A DNA stretch of 64,000 nucleotides from Klebsormidium nitens. Its lineage: Eukaryota > Plantae > Klebsormidiophyceae. A model generated the notes under the pieces. It did no database searches. It was not told the origin of the DNA and saw only the letters and a list, made by a program, of their open reading frames with translations. The DNA lies in NCBI GenBank assembly GCA_000708835.1, contig DF237254.1, positions 1 through 64,000 on the forward strand, written 5' to 3'. Position 1 is the stretch's first letter. Each line of letters begins with the position of its first letter. A program made the translations under genes and the position numbers. Shown piece by piece: positions 51,901 through 63,720 of the stretch.

Positions 51901-53163
51901 TTTGAGGGGGCCGTCTTGGCGGACCGTAACCTGCAACAGAGAAATCTGAATGTCACTTCACATGAAAAGATAAATATCCTGCAAACCACTATCAGCCGGA
52001 GCTGGTTATGAGTAGCAGCAACTTGTGCTACCGCCAATTTAGACTGATCCTTAAATCCCTGATGAAGAAGAAATCGGTTTGACCATGAAAGAGCGATTTT
52101 ACCAGGCACGGCGCTCCTGGTGACAGCCCGAAAGATCAGACTCTTCCTAAAGAAAGTATTGTTTCGACCCTTGTGAGGGCTAGAGGCCCAATAGAGCAGT
52201 CTCTTTCGGCAAGGTACGGCAGAGGGGCTCTGGAAACCCCGAGCGCTGCAAGCAAGTCGACCTGTCCAACTTCTGATGAGCATCCCATGAAAAAGGAAGG
52301 AAGGAAAAATGTGAATCCATGACACAGAGCATTGGCAGGATGGCACTGCCGAAGCTGGCTCTAATCTCCCTGTTCTGCTGCTCACGGTCTTTTCCTCTCC
52401 GCATTGACAATCGGATTACCAAATGTGGCGCGCAAGCTTTTCTCGAAGTGGAGAGAAGAGGAACATTCACAGAAACACTTGCGTGTAAAGTAGGACTTTG
52501 AAAAGGTTCCCATTCTGGCATTTTGACGAAGAGATCGTCGTCTTCTTTCTGTCATCATGTACTTTTGGCTTTTCTTACCACCAAAATCTGACCACCAAGT
52601 TCCCACACACAACTTTAGAGTGCAAGCTCAGAACTTGATACATCTTGACTTGTAGGATCCTAACCTTTCAGAATCTGGAAAGTGTATCCAGTATGTCCAA
52701 GCTATATTTTTCTCTCCAAATCAGAGACAAGATTACAATCAGCAATAAGCCTGCTGCCAAATTCAAGCAACAAGCCAAACAAGCGGTGTCAAAACGGCCA
52801 GACCCCCACCTTCACTTTCGTCTCTATCCCCGGGGCCAGCTTCACGACCCGGCTCGCTGACACCACCCCAAAGCACTCTGGCGTGGGGGGCAAAATCCGG
52901 ACAGAGTGCGTGCGCACTGCATCCACATTCTTCAGTGTCAAGAACGCGTGCTGCTCCGCCCCTGTTTCCGATGCCTGGAAATTGACACTAGCTGGGAGGG
53001 CCCTGATGAAAGGATGCGCTCTTAGCAGGGGGGCCGCTGTGGCTGTGCTAGGGGCCCCCTCCCGGGACTGGCTGGCATTGGAATTGCCTGAGAAAGGAGT
53101 GTCGAGGCCTCGTTTTGGTACCGGCGGCGGCTCTGGCTGGGGGCCGGCCAGAGAAGCCGCCAT
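36923..53163 (-). CDS. CFAP47: Cilia- and flagella-associated protein 47 (multiple ASH/MSP Ig-like domains plus a calponin-homology domain)
   Basis: 13 phase-compatible exons: 53163-52810, 51930-49916, 49194-48869, 48372-48113, 47499-45718, 45084-44927, 44481-42755, 42375-42219, 41543-40256, 39669-39538, 38992-38732, 37801-37710, 37034-36923. CH domain DPSLVGSNFLSVPESVLLKW...VTNFDADLRDGTVFYALLVSHWP; many ASH-type repeats; C-terminal WIYEVKGSRPEYKPP and KRNYVRENLK. Identification is from recalled family features. Confidence 0.85.
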
Positions 53164-54351
53164 GCTTGTGCCGCCACAGGGCCTATCTGTGTCTCATCCC
53201 TTGTTGTCGCCCCTCGTAAGCTATGAATCAAAATGGGAGCTCACAGAGCTCTTGGAATGTGTGCAGCAGGTAAGATTCGAGACAATCTTTTGCTAGGTGT
53301 CAACCTAGGGTGGCCACTTTTCTAGGAGTACTTTTTCAGAGCTGGTAAGGAACTCCTTACTGATATAAAAACAGTCTGCTACCCCAGGTTGGGGATCACA
53401 ATGGAGCGCAGGGACTGAGCTCTGGCATTCTTTGCGACGCACCTTTTAAGCGTTTCTTTTTCTTCTGGGCGAGAAAGGGGCAACCCAGGACATCCAAGAG
53501 GTGATCACAAGAATTGCATGTGATGTTCTCAAAAAACTTGCTCCCTTGAATGAGGATTCTATGTCCATACGCCTGGCTCTGCGGCTCCGTTTCAAGCTGC
53601 CTTTCAGCTCAAGCCTCAGATAGCTAGCTTGTCCAGCTGCAGGAGATCGCGGTCCTACTAGTTCAAGGGGATTGCGGTCTACCTACTACGGAGGTATCAC
53701 CTACAAATGCTGATCCGTGAGCTAGGCCCAGGTGTTCAGCTGAGTGTGGATCTGTACGTCCTTTCGTCCAGCTTACGTCCGTCGATTGAATCAGAGGCGC
53801 ATGCAGGCCGTTCGATCAGCAGCCTCGCGCGCGGTCAATCGTTACCATCGGCGGTACATAACTGAGGGCAAGCTGGAGTCGACCACGTACCAAGACTCAA
53901 GAGTATTACACGGATTGCATTGCTGCACAGACTTCACAAACCCTGGCCATCTGAAGCTCGAGATAGTTCCTACTCATTGTAGATTGTGTAAATAATAGCC
54001 CCATGCAGCCGCTCTTTGATCACTCAAGCTTTAGTGACTCAGAGTCAAGGCATCCAGAGTCCTGGCCGAACAGCAGGACTATTATGCCAGATTTAGACCC
54101 AGGGAAGGTTCTTCCAGCGTCATTCAGACCGCTCCTGCGCTTCTTTCACTAAGCTTCCCTGTTTTTGGTGAATCATAAAGGTTGTGGCGGATGGGGGCCG
54201 GTCGCCAATAATGATCTCTGCTCATTGTCCTTCTTTCAGATGTTTGTTTGAGCTCTTTTTTAGGCACTTCCCTGTTCGGGGACTAAATCTAAGCTGAAAG
54301 GAAATACACGCAGCTGATAATTCTGCGACCTAGCTTCAGAAAGTCGCAGAG

Positions 54352-57300
54352 ATGACGGCATTCCTCGAGTGCCCCGTTTGTTTTGGGCTGCTCCACAACG
54401 CTGTGGAAACCGACTGCGGGCACTGCTTCTGCGCAGACTGCCTGAGCAAGACACGCAAGCATGACAACAGGTTTGTCCCCGTTATTTTGACCAAACTGCT
54501 TGCAAAATGCAGGTTTAATGACAACCGCTGAAATACGGGTAATGCACAGGTGATACAGCTCTCTTTTCAAGCAACCTGCCGATCTACATCGAGGGGGAAG
54601 CATGAAAAAATTGTCAGGTTGCTAGTACGTCGCAGACTCGACTAACTTAGTCATCTCAATTTTCAAGCTTCCTTTCTACCTCGAACCGGCATTGTGCTTG
54701 CAAAGATCTGTAGCGTCCAAAGTCCAACGGTAGCAAGGTTCTCTGCGTGCAGCAACATTACCCCAATGTGTTCTTTGGTAAAGTAATTGAGGCATCAAAA
54801 TCAGTCGTAACATTGAAGGGAGAGTGAGCAAGGTTGTGAAAGGCAGTTAGCCAGCTCAAGCTTCGATAAGCACGTTCCCTTAGAGCTAGTGCCAGCTCAT
54901 TGAAACCGACACTTCCTGTACTAACCTTGAGATAAGCACCTTCATGCACCTTCATAGATTAGGTGGTCATGCAAATGTGCTGTACCTAACTTTTTCCTCC
55001 AAAGACCACGATGGATTGCACTGTCTCTGGCCTTCTTCTTACCACGCACTTCTGAAAAAGTTACCTGATTGAGCAGAGTGCTTGTTTCTTGCAGTCTGCA
55101 AGTGATATCATTTAAAGCCAGGGCATATTACAGCGCCATCTGATAAGAATTCCTCTGCCCCCCTCTCACAACTTCAGCAGAAACGTCCCCATCACGTGTC
55201 GTCGAACTCGCCCTTCTCTTGGCTCTTTTCCCGTCCCTGAAAGATGCATTGCAAAAAATCACTTTCTCGCAGCTCCGTTGTTTCCCCTTGTTTCATGAGC
55301 GCCGTCGTTCTACGCACGATACATCCTTCAATCTGCTCCTGCGCTGACCTCAAGATGACGTCACGTCGTAGCTGACCGACCTGCCGGAAGCCGATTTGAT
55401 TCATTCGTACACCCGAGCTTCCATTGTCAAAGTCACTCTGCAACTGCGGTGTTTCACGGGACGTACTTCTACGGGTCACGTTATTCGATGTCACTACGAT
55501 ATTATCTTCTGTTGCGCTGACCTCACGATGACGTCACGCCGCAGCTGTCCAACCTGCCGGAAGCCGGTCCAGTTCGTACACCCCAGCTTCATCGTCCGGG
55601 ACTTGGTCCTCAAGTACGGCGGGTCCGACGGGCGCGCGAAACTAGAGGCGGACGCCGCGGCGCAGCGGGAGCGGGACGCGGACGTCGACGAGCATGAGGA
55701 TCCGCTCATCATTGCGATGCAGTTCAAAAAGTGGACGGGTGAGGGGAAAGCTTTCGATTGTGGTAAAAACTTGAGCTTGGTGTCGATTTTGGATCGTTAC
55801 GATCTCGGATGGGGAAGGTGATCTCGGATCCAAGGCCCGCTCATTGGTGTGATGCAGTTCAAAAAGTGGACGGGTGAGGGGAAGGCGATTGTGGGAGAGT
55901 GTTACCGGCCGGTCCAAATAGCAACGCTACCGTGTGATTTGAACACGACGAGTTCAGTCTGCAAGGTTAGGCAGGGGGACGCAAAGATTGGCAGGACCGG
56001 TTCCGCAACTGAGGTTCAGACAAACCGTGCCTAACCGAAACAAACAGACATCTTTTTGGCGTCAGAATCTGAACGGCAGCGCTGCAACTCTTGGTCGTCC
56101 CCCAGCCATTTCGTGGTTCTGCGGCCGCCTGTAATTAAGCTTGATGCATTTGACTTTGAATTGTAACGAGCTCGGACGCGCAAACCTGGGGAGCTGATCT
56201 CGCACTCAAGATCGAAGAAGCTCGTGTACATAGCTCGCGGCGTCTAGTAGCCGAAGACTGACTTAATCGAGTCCGGGATTGTCCGTCCCAAACAGATGAC
56301 ATCCGGATCAGGGGCACGACGTTTTAAAGCTCTTGGAACCGTACCTGCGTCAAGCAAGTCACTTGTAAACAAATGCAAACAATAGACTTCTTGTTAGCCC
56401 ATACATAGTCGAAAGCGGACACGTGAGGTCTGCGGGGGTGAGCAGTATCTCATCCACAATGCCGGATGAGCGTTTTCCTCATGGACACGATGATTAAGGT
56501 TACTTTGTTTAAAGTACTTCTTGTGTCTGGTCGGAGTTTAAACTGCTTTCAAAGGATTACCCGCCTGGCTATGAGCAATGAGTCTTGCTTGTTCCGCCGT
56601 GTTGGTTGCTCAGCCAGGGTCTTGCCAACGCCACTTGGAAATCGGCGCTGTCCTCCTCTAATCCACAACCCACAACCCCTACTCTCTCTGAAAATATCGA
56701 GTTCATAGATTAAGGCGCTTGGTTAAGTAGTCTCGGTCGAGTCTATTCCAGCAGTCTCGGTCGAGTCTATTCCAGAACCCACAACCCCTGAAATCTTTGA
56801 AGATGTCAAATTCATAGACAAAGGCGCTTAATTTAACCAATGTCGGTCGAGTCTTGTTGCGCAGAGTGTTGTTGTGGAGGTGGGAGCGGCGCGTTTGATC
56901 CGGAGGACGTCTTCTCGCGGGAGTCCCTAGAAGAGTTCATGGCTGCGGACAGTTTTCACGACACCCTCGTCAGGGTCAACAAAGCGATCAGAACGTGAGC
57001 CCCGGCACTTGGCGTTATCTATTACCTGCTTTGTGCCTCTGTCTCATTGACGGAAACAAGAGTGGAAATACATCTTGTGTCGTACTTCTGCTTGCCGGAA
57101 CTGGGTTGATTGCTTTGACCAGATTAAGTAAGCGCAACTAAATCCCTTGGTTTACACCCTTATAATTTCTACTCAGAAACTGAGAGGTCAATCAACCTCC
57201 TACTGAACTCTGAAATTTGTATGAACCAAAGGAAGGACTTTAGAGTCCCGTTTTCCGTGTGGTCTCTGTAGCCTGTCTGCAGCTACGACCTTGACTTTTA

Positions 57301-60300
57301 AAAAGTACCTGATTCAGTGCTTCGGTCGACGGAACGCCTTTTTCGACGGTTGCCAAAAAGCAGCCGATGCACTCTCGTATGGTTATCAAATGACGCTGAA
57401 CTAACCCGAGCAGCTCCGGACGGAGTCCCTACATGCGTCTCTGGGGATCTGCAGACGTCGTTCCGTTCCGCTGTTCCGTTCAGGTGGACGCCCGGCTGCT
57501 GCTCGACCGGACTGGCGTACTGCCTCTGGCCGTGCTGCTGCTGCTGCATGCTCTTTGTCTTCTCGTGAGTCCTTGCGTCCGCTTTTGCCCTTTTGAACTT
57601 AATGCAGATTCCACCACATTCGGGTCACGATCCGTTTATGATGACCCTAACGGCATTCATTCGCGCGAGATCTTAGGCATGGCGCCTGTGCTAGTGGCTT
57701 GCATTGAAGAACGTAGCTGCGTGCTGGCAGGCGGAATGCGGGCTCGACTTCGATCATCTCAAGCAAGCATGAGCGTCTCTTGTGAACCCCCTACGCTACA
57801 GTTGTAGAACGTACAGAAAAAGAAAATAAAACAGATTGACATCTGTAAGCCCGACCTTTTCAGAGTTCTGTGCTTTGTCTGATTGCCTCGATAAGAGTGA
57901 AGCCCAGCGTCCGCTTTCGTCATCTGCCCTTGGATGTAAGAACGAGAGCCAACAAGAACGGTTTGTTTCTGGTCGGCCGATAAGAACAGAGAACCATTTT
58001 GATTGTTTTTGCAAAATCCTCCAAATCGTTTCCAGAAGAAGCCGGAAGTTTAGAAAAACTTGATTCAAAACCCTTTTTTTATGTACGCGCGCGCAGCGAG
58101 TACGCGGTGTGGCAGGTCGAGGTCGCGCTCAAGGACGCAAACGAGGCGGCCGCGCGCGCGCAGGCGGGGCACGTGTGGACTTTAATGCACATGGACGGCG
58201 AGGACCGGGAGGCCGGGCTGATCGACCACCGGTTCTTCTTAGTGCTAACCATCGACCCGGTTAAGGCGCGCAAGTACATGAAAACCCTGGTCAAGCCCCC
58301 GGGGGATTCCCCGGGACAGGGTGGACAGGCGCCGGGAAGCGCCGAGGAGATCGAGGCCGCGAGTGAGTGGTGCTCCGCTTTCTTTCAAAAGATGCCGTTG
58401 GGGATGGAAGGTAATTCTGGAGTTCCTCGGGGATTGGTTCCTGCGGGGTGTTCGCTAGCCGAAATCAGGGCAAAGAGTTGGTAGTGACGCGCTTCGAAGA
58501 GACAATGCCTGCACTGGAAGCTTGAGTCTTAGCACCAGAGTAAGTGAAATCCCTCGATGCTTTGTCTAAGGGGCTCTTCGAGACGGAAGGGGTTTATGAA
58601 AGAACCGTTCATCCTTGAACATCTAAGCACGAGCTATTATTCGGAACAACGTTGGGTAAAGCAACCCGACAGTGTCAAAAGTCGCGGGCAGACTGGCCGA
58701 TTGGCCTTACAGCAAGTGCAGTTAGGGGCGAGTGGAGCCTGACTGTGTAAGTGATTCCTTGAAACTATAATCAAACCATTTGGCATGGATTCTGTTTGTG
58801 CCACTCTTCTTCTGGCGCCGCTAAACAGTAGAACCATCCAAAATCAAGCCGTAGCATCTAACCAATTTGATCAGACTCCCAACCCTGAAGTGAATCTCAT
58901 CAAACCCCGCCCAAACCTAACCCCTAAACCCCGCAAACGCAGGGCGCCTCGCGGCCGAAAAAGACGCGGCGATCCGAGGGCGAGATCGAACGAGATTCTG
59001 AAACTCTTCTTTCTGCTCAAATCGCCCAGATAGAAACTCACTCAACTCTGTCTCCCAGGCCTCACAATCCATGGCGTTGATAAGCCCTTCGCGCAGCTCC
59101 CACCTCTAAACCCAGTTTTATCCACCCCGCCCTAACCTAACCCTTAAACCCCGCAAAACGCAGGGCGCCTCGCGGCCGAGAAAGACGCGGAGATCCAACG
59201 GCTGAAGCGCGAGAACGAGCTGATCAACGGCAAACTTCTGGAGCGCGGTTTGAAGATCGTCCGAACGGTGTCCGGACGGGTGGTCTCGCCGGTCTTTCGG
59301 ACGGCGACCCGTCCGAGCACGCCCGCGCGCGCGCGGTCGCCCTTCAGCGCGCAGTCGTCGCCGTTCAGCGGCAGGGACAGCTTGGGAGGTAATAATTTGG
59401 GGTTAAGAGATTGATCTAAAGGGTTATGTTTGATTTTGAAGATCTGGAAGAAGGCGCTTTGGAATGTTCAAAGCTTTGCATTGCCGAGAAAGGCGATCGC
59501 TTCGCCATGTGACATCTTCATGTCAGACGCTGCCCGTCCGTTTCAACTAAGATCATGGATGCACCCAAGTTGGTGGTATGTACGGTACTTGATGTTTTCC
59601 GGAAGCCCACGACAATTTTTCGACTTTCGAGTGTACCCAAACATTAAAACCCCATACCCAAACTCAAACCGCAAACCCCAAACTGCAAACCCCAAACCCC
59701 AAACCCAACCCAAACCCCAAACCCAGACCCCAACTTCCAACTTCCAAACCCAAACTTTCCCCTTCACAGCGTCTCCTCTCGGTGACTCCCCGGGCAGCCC
59801 CCGACTGCCAGACGTCGACGAGACGGCGGTCCTGGAGGATGACGTAGCAGCACAGACAACCGTTGGATCACTCGCGTCACACAGTCTCGACGCCGCCCCG
59901 GACGCTTCCGGCGACACTTCAGATTCCGCTTCCGGTTCCGCTAGGCATCCGATCTTCTCGTCGGGTATGGACCTGCCCCAAATCAGCCTGCCCAGGGTGC
60001 GCGTGCTGCGCGCGGGCTCGCGGAGGATGACGGCATCCGGAGCAATGACGTCACCACGCGCGGTGAGTCGACGGCTCATACGCTATCATTATCTTTCTGT
60101 GACGTACGATGCTTTTCATAGGTGTATTGGGTAGAAAATTCCGTCCTTTCCCTCTGTTTTTCTTCATCTCTGCTGCCATGCTGCTTCTGTCGTGTGCTCG
60201 GCTCCTGTCGGCTGGTTAGCGCGGTTTCCTCTTAACAAATGAAGGTGAACAACGGAATCGTCCCAACCCGTCCGTGTACATATCAATAAACCAGCTTCTG

Positions 60301-60998
60301 TCGGGAGCAAATGACGTCACTCAGCAGATAACCGCCTCGATCTTACGTTCAGAAGCCGGCTCTGTTCGCCTCGGGCCATCTGTTGAGAGCGAAAACAGAG
60401 TTAGCTCCTTGCTATCATTTCATAAATGCGAGAAGCGCGTCTGGAAAGTTTGAAGCTTCCTCCTTTGAAAGCACGAAACGGAGTGGCATGCGGTAACTTC
60501 TGATGTGAACAGAGTACTTTATCAGATTGCAAGAAGGGTCCGAGCCTGCCACGTGTCAGGACACGCCCGTCAGAGAGTGGCAGTGGCTTTCTCCCAGCAT
60601 GAGAAGACTACGAGTTTTGTAAGATTATGGCGCCAAGCAATCGACCAATCCCTTTTGTATGCTAAGTCTTGACCAGGAAGTGACCGGTTGCTGTCTTGGT
60701 GATACGAAGACGTGCTGCGTGCTCCACTGACAAACAATTCGAGATTTAAGGAAAAAATGGAAACGCGTGACTTGAAGAATGATATACTGGACTGCAGGAG
60801 CTGTCTCCGACCGCACAGACGGCCGACGCGGCAAGGCGGCGCGACCGCGTCATGCAGGAGCCGGCCGCGCAGCAGATGCCGCCGCGCGCGGAGCCGGCCG
60901 CGCCTAACAACGCCACGCACGCCATAACAGCAGCGGGGCAAGCTAGTGTCAACGGAGAGAGCAATGGGGCCCCGGGATACAATGGCAATGCTCCATAG
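54352..60998 (+). CDS. C3HC4 RING finger + ERF4/GOLGA7/CHIC-like cysteine-rich domain + short coiled coil + Ser/Pro-rich tail
   Basis: Phase-compatible exons 54352-54470, 55545-55738, 56865-56994, 57484-57564, 58097-58362, 59164-59388, 59770-60062, 60798-60998. RING: CPVC-x11-CGHCFCADC-x10-CPTC. Middle domain FDPEDVFSRESLEEFMAADSFHDTLVRVNKAIRTWTPGCCSTGLAYCLWPCCCCCMLFVF...HVWTL...FFLVLTIDP. An upstream exon is possible (AG just before the ATG). Confidence 0.8.
59645..59758 (+). repeat. Intronic C/A-rich degenerate (AAACCC[C/N])n telomere-like tract
   Basis: AAACCCCAAACTGCAAACCCCAAACCCCAAACCCAACCCAAACCCCAAACCC... immediately upstream of the 59770 acceptor. Confidence 0.7.
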
Positions 60999-62157
60999 AC
61001 CGTGACACCGTGGCGGCCGTTTTGATATTTGACTGTCAAGCCATCAGACTGCAGGCTGTGTTGTCGTGCGTTCATGCGTTCCTTCTTCATAGACGGGCCT
61101 CGCGGGTGTAGAATCCAGTACTCTCTGCTCGTGTCAAAATGCTCAACGTCTACGTACAGCTAGGTCCCCATGCGACGGGCACTGTGCAACTCTTCGAAGT
61201 ATTGTTGTCAAGCCCGGCGCGTTTGGCAAGCGCGCCCGCGCCAACTTTGCTGATATAGGCGGTGCATCGATCCAAGTGTCCAGCAACATATGCAAGTTTG
61301 TACGCTCATGGTGTCACGCCTGATCGACTCTCATGTAAGCCTCGTCGAGCCAAAATAATGATACTATTGATGAATGATCTTATGAACTCCATGCATGATC
61401 TACTCGCATCATGTTTAATTTTGACGCTTTTGCCGCGACACACATGTCCCGCTATGGGTACCGAGCCTAATCAAATACCGGCCGAGCTTGTATCGCATGA
61501 CAGCACACAAGCCAGGACTCAACCATGTGTCGCATGCATGCATGGTGAGGCTGCACTTACCCAAAATTTAGCAACTGGCCGTTCGATCCGGATGATCGCG
61601 ACAACGGTTGCAAGAGACAGACACCATTTCCTAGGCTCAATATTTGCCGCGGTCCCGGGCTGGTCACAGGTGACAACCGGTCGAGCTAGGCTGCATCATG
61701 CACGTGAAACCAGAAAAACCATGTCACGATGCCTGTGGCCATGCATGCCGAGCTCACAAGGCACAACTTATGCTGTGGATTGGGTATACATGCACAAGCA
61801 TTGCACCTTCCAAAGCAGATGTATTTCAAGAAGTATCCTGTATAAAAGCTTTAATCAGCGTCGGATGTGAATGCATGTGCCAACCTTTAGGTTGACAACT
61901 ATTACGTGGTATTAGGGGGTGCTCCAACTCTGACCGACTGGCCTCCAGTGACATCCACTGCTTTTTGACTACGCGGCAGCCTGTACAAACGATGCCACTT
62001 GGATACCTAACAAATGCTTTAATATGAAGTCACCAGTAGCTTCGAATTGTGGGCGCAGACATAGCAGATTACTAGAACATTTAGACCGACTTGTTGACGC
62101 CACATACACACAACGGGCATCAAAGAATGCAACTCGCACAATTGCGAACGGGGTCGC

Positions 62158-62997
62158 TTAAGGCCTCCGGTAGTCCGCTCCTGCATACCGCACGGCGCCT
62201 TCGCCGCCAAGCTCCTCCTCAATGCGGAGCAGCTGCGAAAGAGAACCGACGGAAGCTTGTCAAAACGGGGAATCAAGAGCGAAGGCCAGGTCTTTAGACG
62301 GGGTCACAATACGGAGTAAGTGACTTCGAACCGTCTGCTGATTTAAAACCGATGATGAAGAGGGTACTGTGGAGTCAGATGGTGATAATGCCTTGTCGCC
62401 CGGTTGGCTTTGAAAAGCTCGCTCTGCCCAGATTATTCTCTGCGTATAAAGCTGCGGGCGCCATACCACCAGGAAACAAGCCTATGAGAGGAATGTTGAT
62501 TCCTGAGCTGGAAGCTCACAAGCTTTCAACCTGACTCCGTTCTGGTAGGACGAGTTTGTGCAAACGAAAAGTCGCTCAGCAATTCGCAGCGCCAGACCGC
62601 GGCAGAGACTGGCCTCAGAGCTTCTGCAATCATTGCTTATCACCACGCACTCGTTACCAACAAGCCCTTTCTACGCACACCCTCGGCAGACCTCATTTGC
62701 GGTGCGCACCCTATCCAGAAAAACATCTGCTTCAACGCTTCAGCTGCCGCAACTCCACGCAAGCGCCGGAGCCAATGCTCGACCGCCACGTGTCCTCACC
62801 TGGTTGTACTTGGCGAGCCGCTCGCTTCGGCAGGGCGCGCCGGTCTTAATCTGTCCGGAGGCGAGCCCCACGGACAGGTCCGCAATGAACGTGTCCTCCG
62901 TCTCGCCACTGCGGTGGCTGACCATTACGCCCCACCCCGCGGCCTTGGCGTCGAGCGCGGCTTGGATGGACTCAGTCACGGAACCAATCTGGTTCAC
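62158..62997 (-). CDS. ENO: Enolase (phosphopyruvate hydratase), last two exons; 5' part lies beyond the window
   Basis: Exon 62997-62800 [66 protein letters not shown] and exon 62232-62158 [24 protein letters not shown]. These contain the hallmark enolase C-terminal motifs SHRSGETED and [19 protein letters not shown]. Confidence 0.97.
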
Positions 62998-63137
62998 CTG
63001 TAAAGAAAAATGAAGAGAAGAGATGAGCTCTCCCGGGAAGAGCTGAGCTCCGCATTCCTAAAAAGGGGGAAACTTGAGGCTTCCTTTTGGATGGAACCCG
63101 TTTTAGCAAAAAAGATGGAGAAAGATAGTGGAAATCG

Positions 63138-63720
63138 ACGCCTGCCCGGTAGCCTTGGCGTTGAGCGCGGCTTGGATGGAACCACCAATCTGGTTCACCT
63201 GCGCGGGGAAAAACGACAAAAAACTCAGTTGTCCTTGGAACTTTTAGTGCTTCCGTCTTGCTGGAAGAAGAAACAAGATTGGATTTGCACGGCCCACCCC
63301 GAGGCCTTGGCGTCGAGAGCGGCTTACATGGACTCAGTCACGGAACCGATCTGGATCACCTGTAAAGAAAAATGAAGACAGAGATGAGATCCGGAGACGA
63401 GCTGAGCTCCGGATTCCCAGTACAAGGGAAGGCTTAAGGCTTCCTGTGGAATGATAAATAGGGCTATCAGTGAGGGCGGAGGAAGACAGTGAAAGTTGAC
63501 GCCTGCCCGGCAGCCAAGGCGTCGAGCGCGGCTTGGATGGACGCAGTCGCGGAGCCAATCTGGTTAACTTGTAAAGAAGGGAAAAGATTGCTGAGGTCCC
63601 TGAGATTGATGATTGGAGACCACTTACGTGATTGTTTTTGATCAGCAGTCTTCAGAAGCATCTAGCACAATGTGAATGGACTCGGCAGTGGAGCCAGTCT
63701 GCTTCACGTTCCACAGGTGA
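63138..63720 (-). repeat. Four degenerate copies of the enolase acceptor/exon start in the upstream intron
   Basis: Copies at about 63138-63205, 63292-63418, 63499-63580 and 63661-63720 encode decayed [17 protein letters not shown] variants. Confidence 0.85.
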
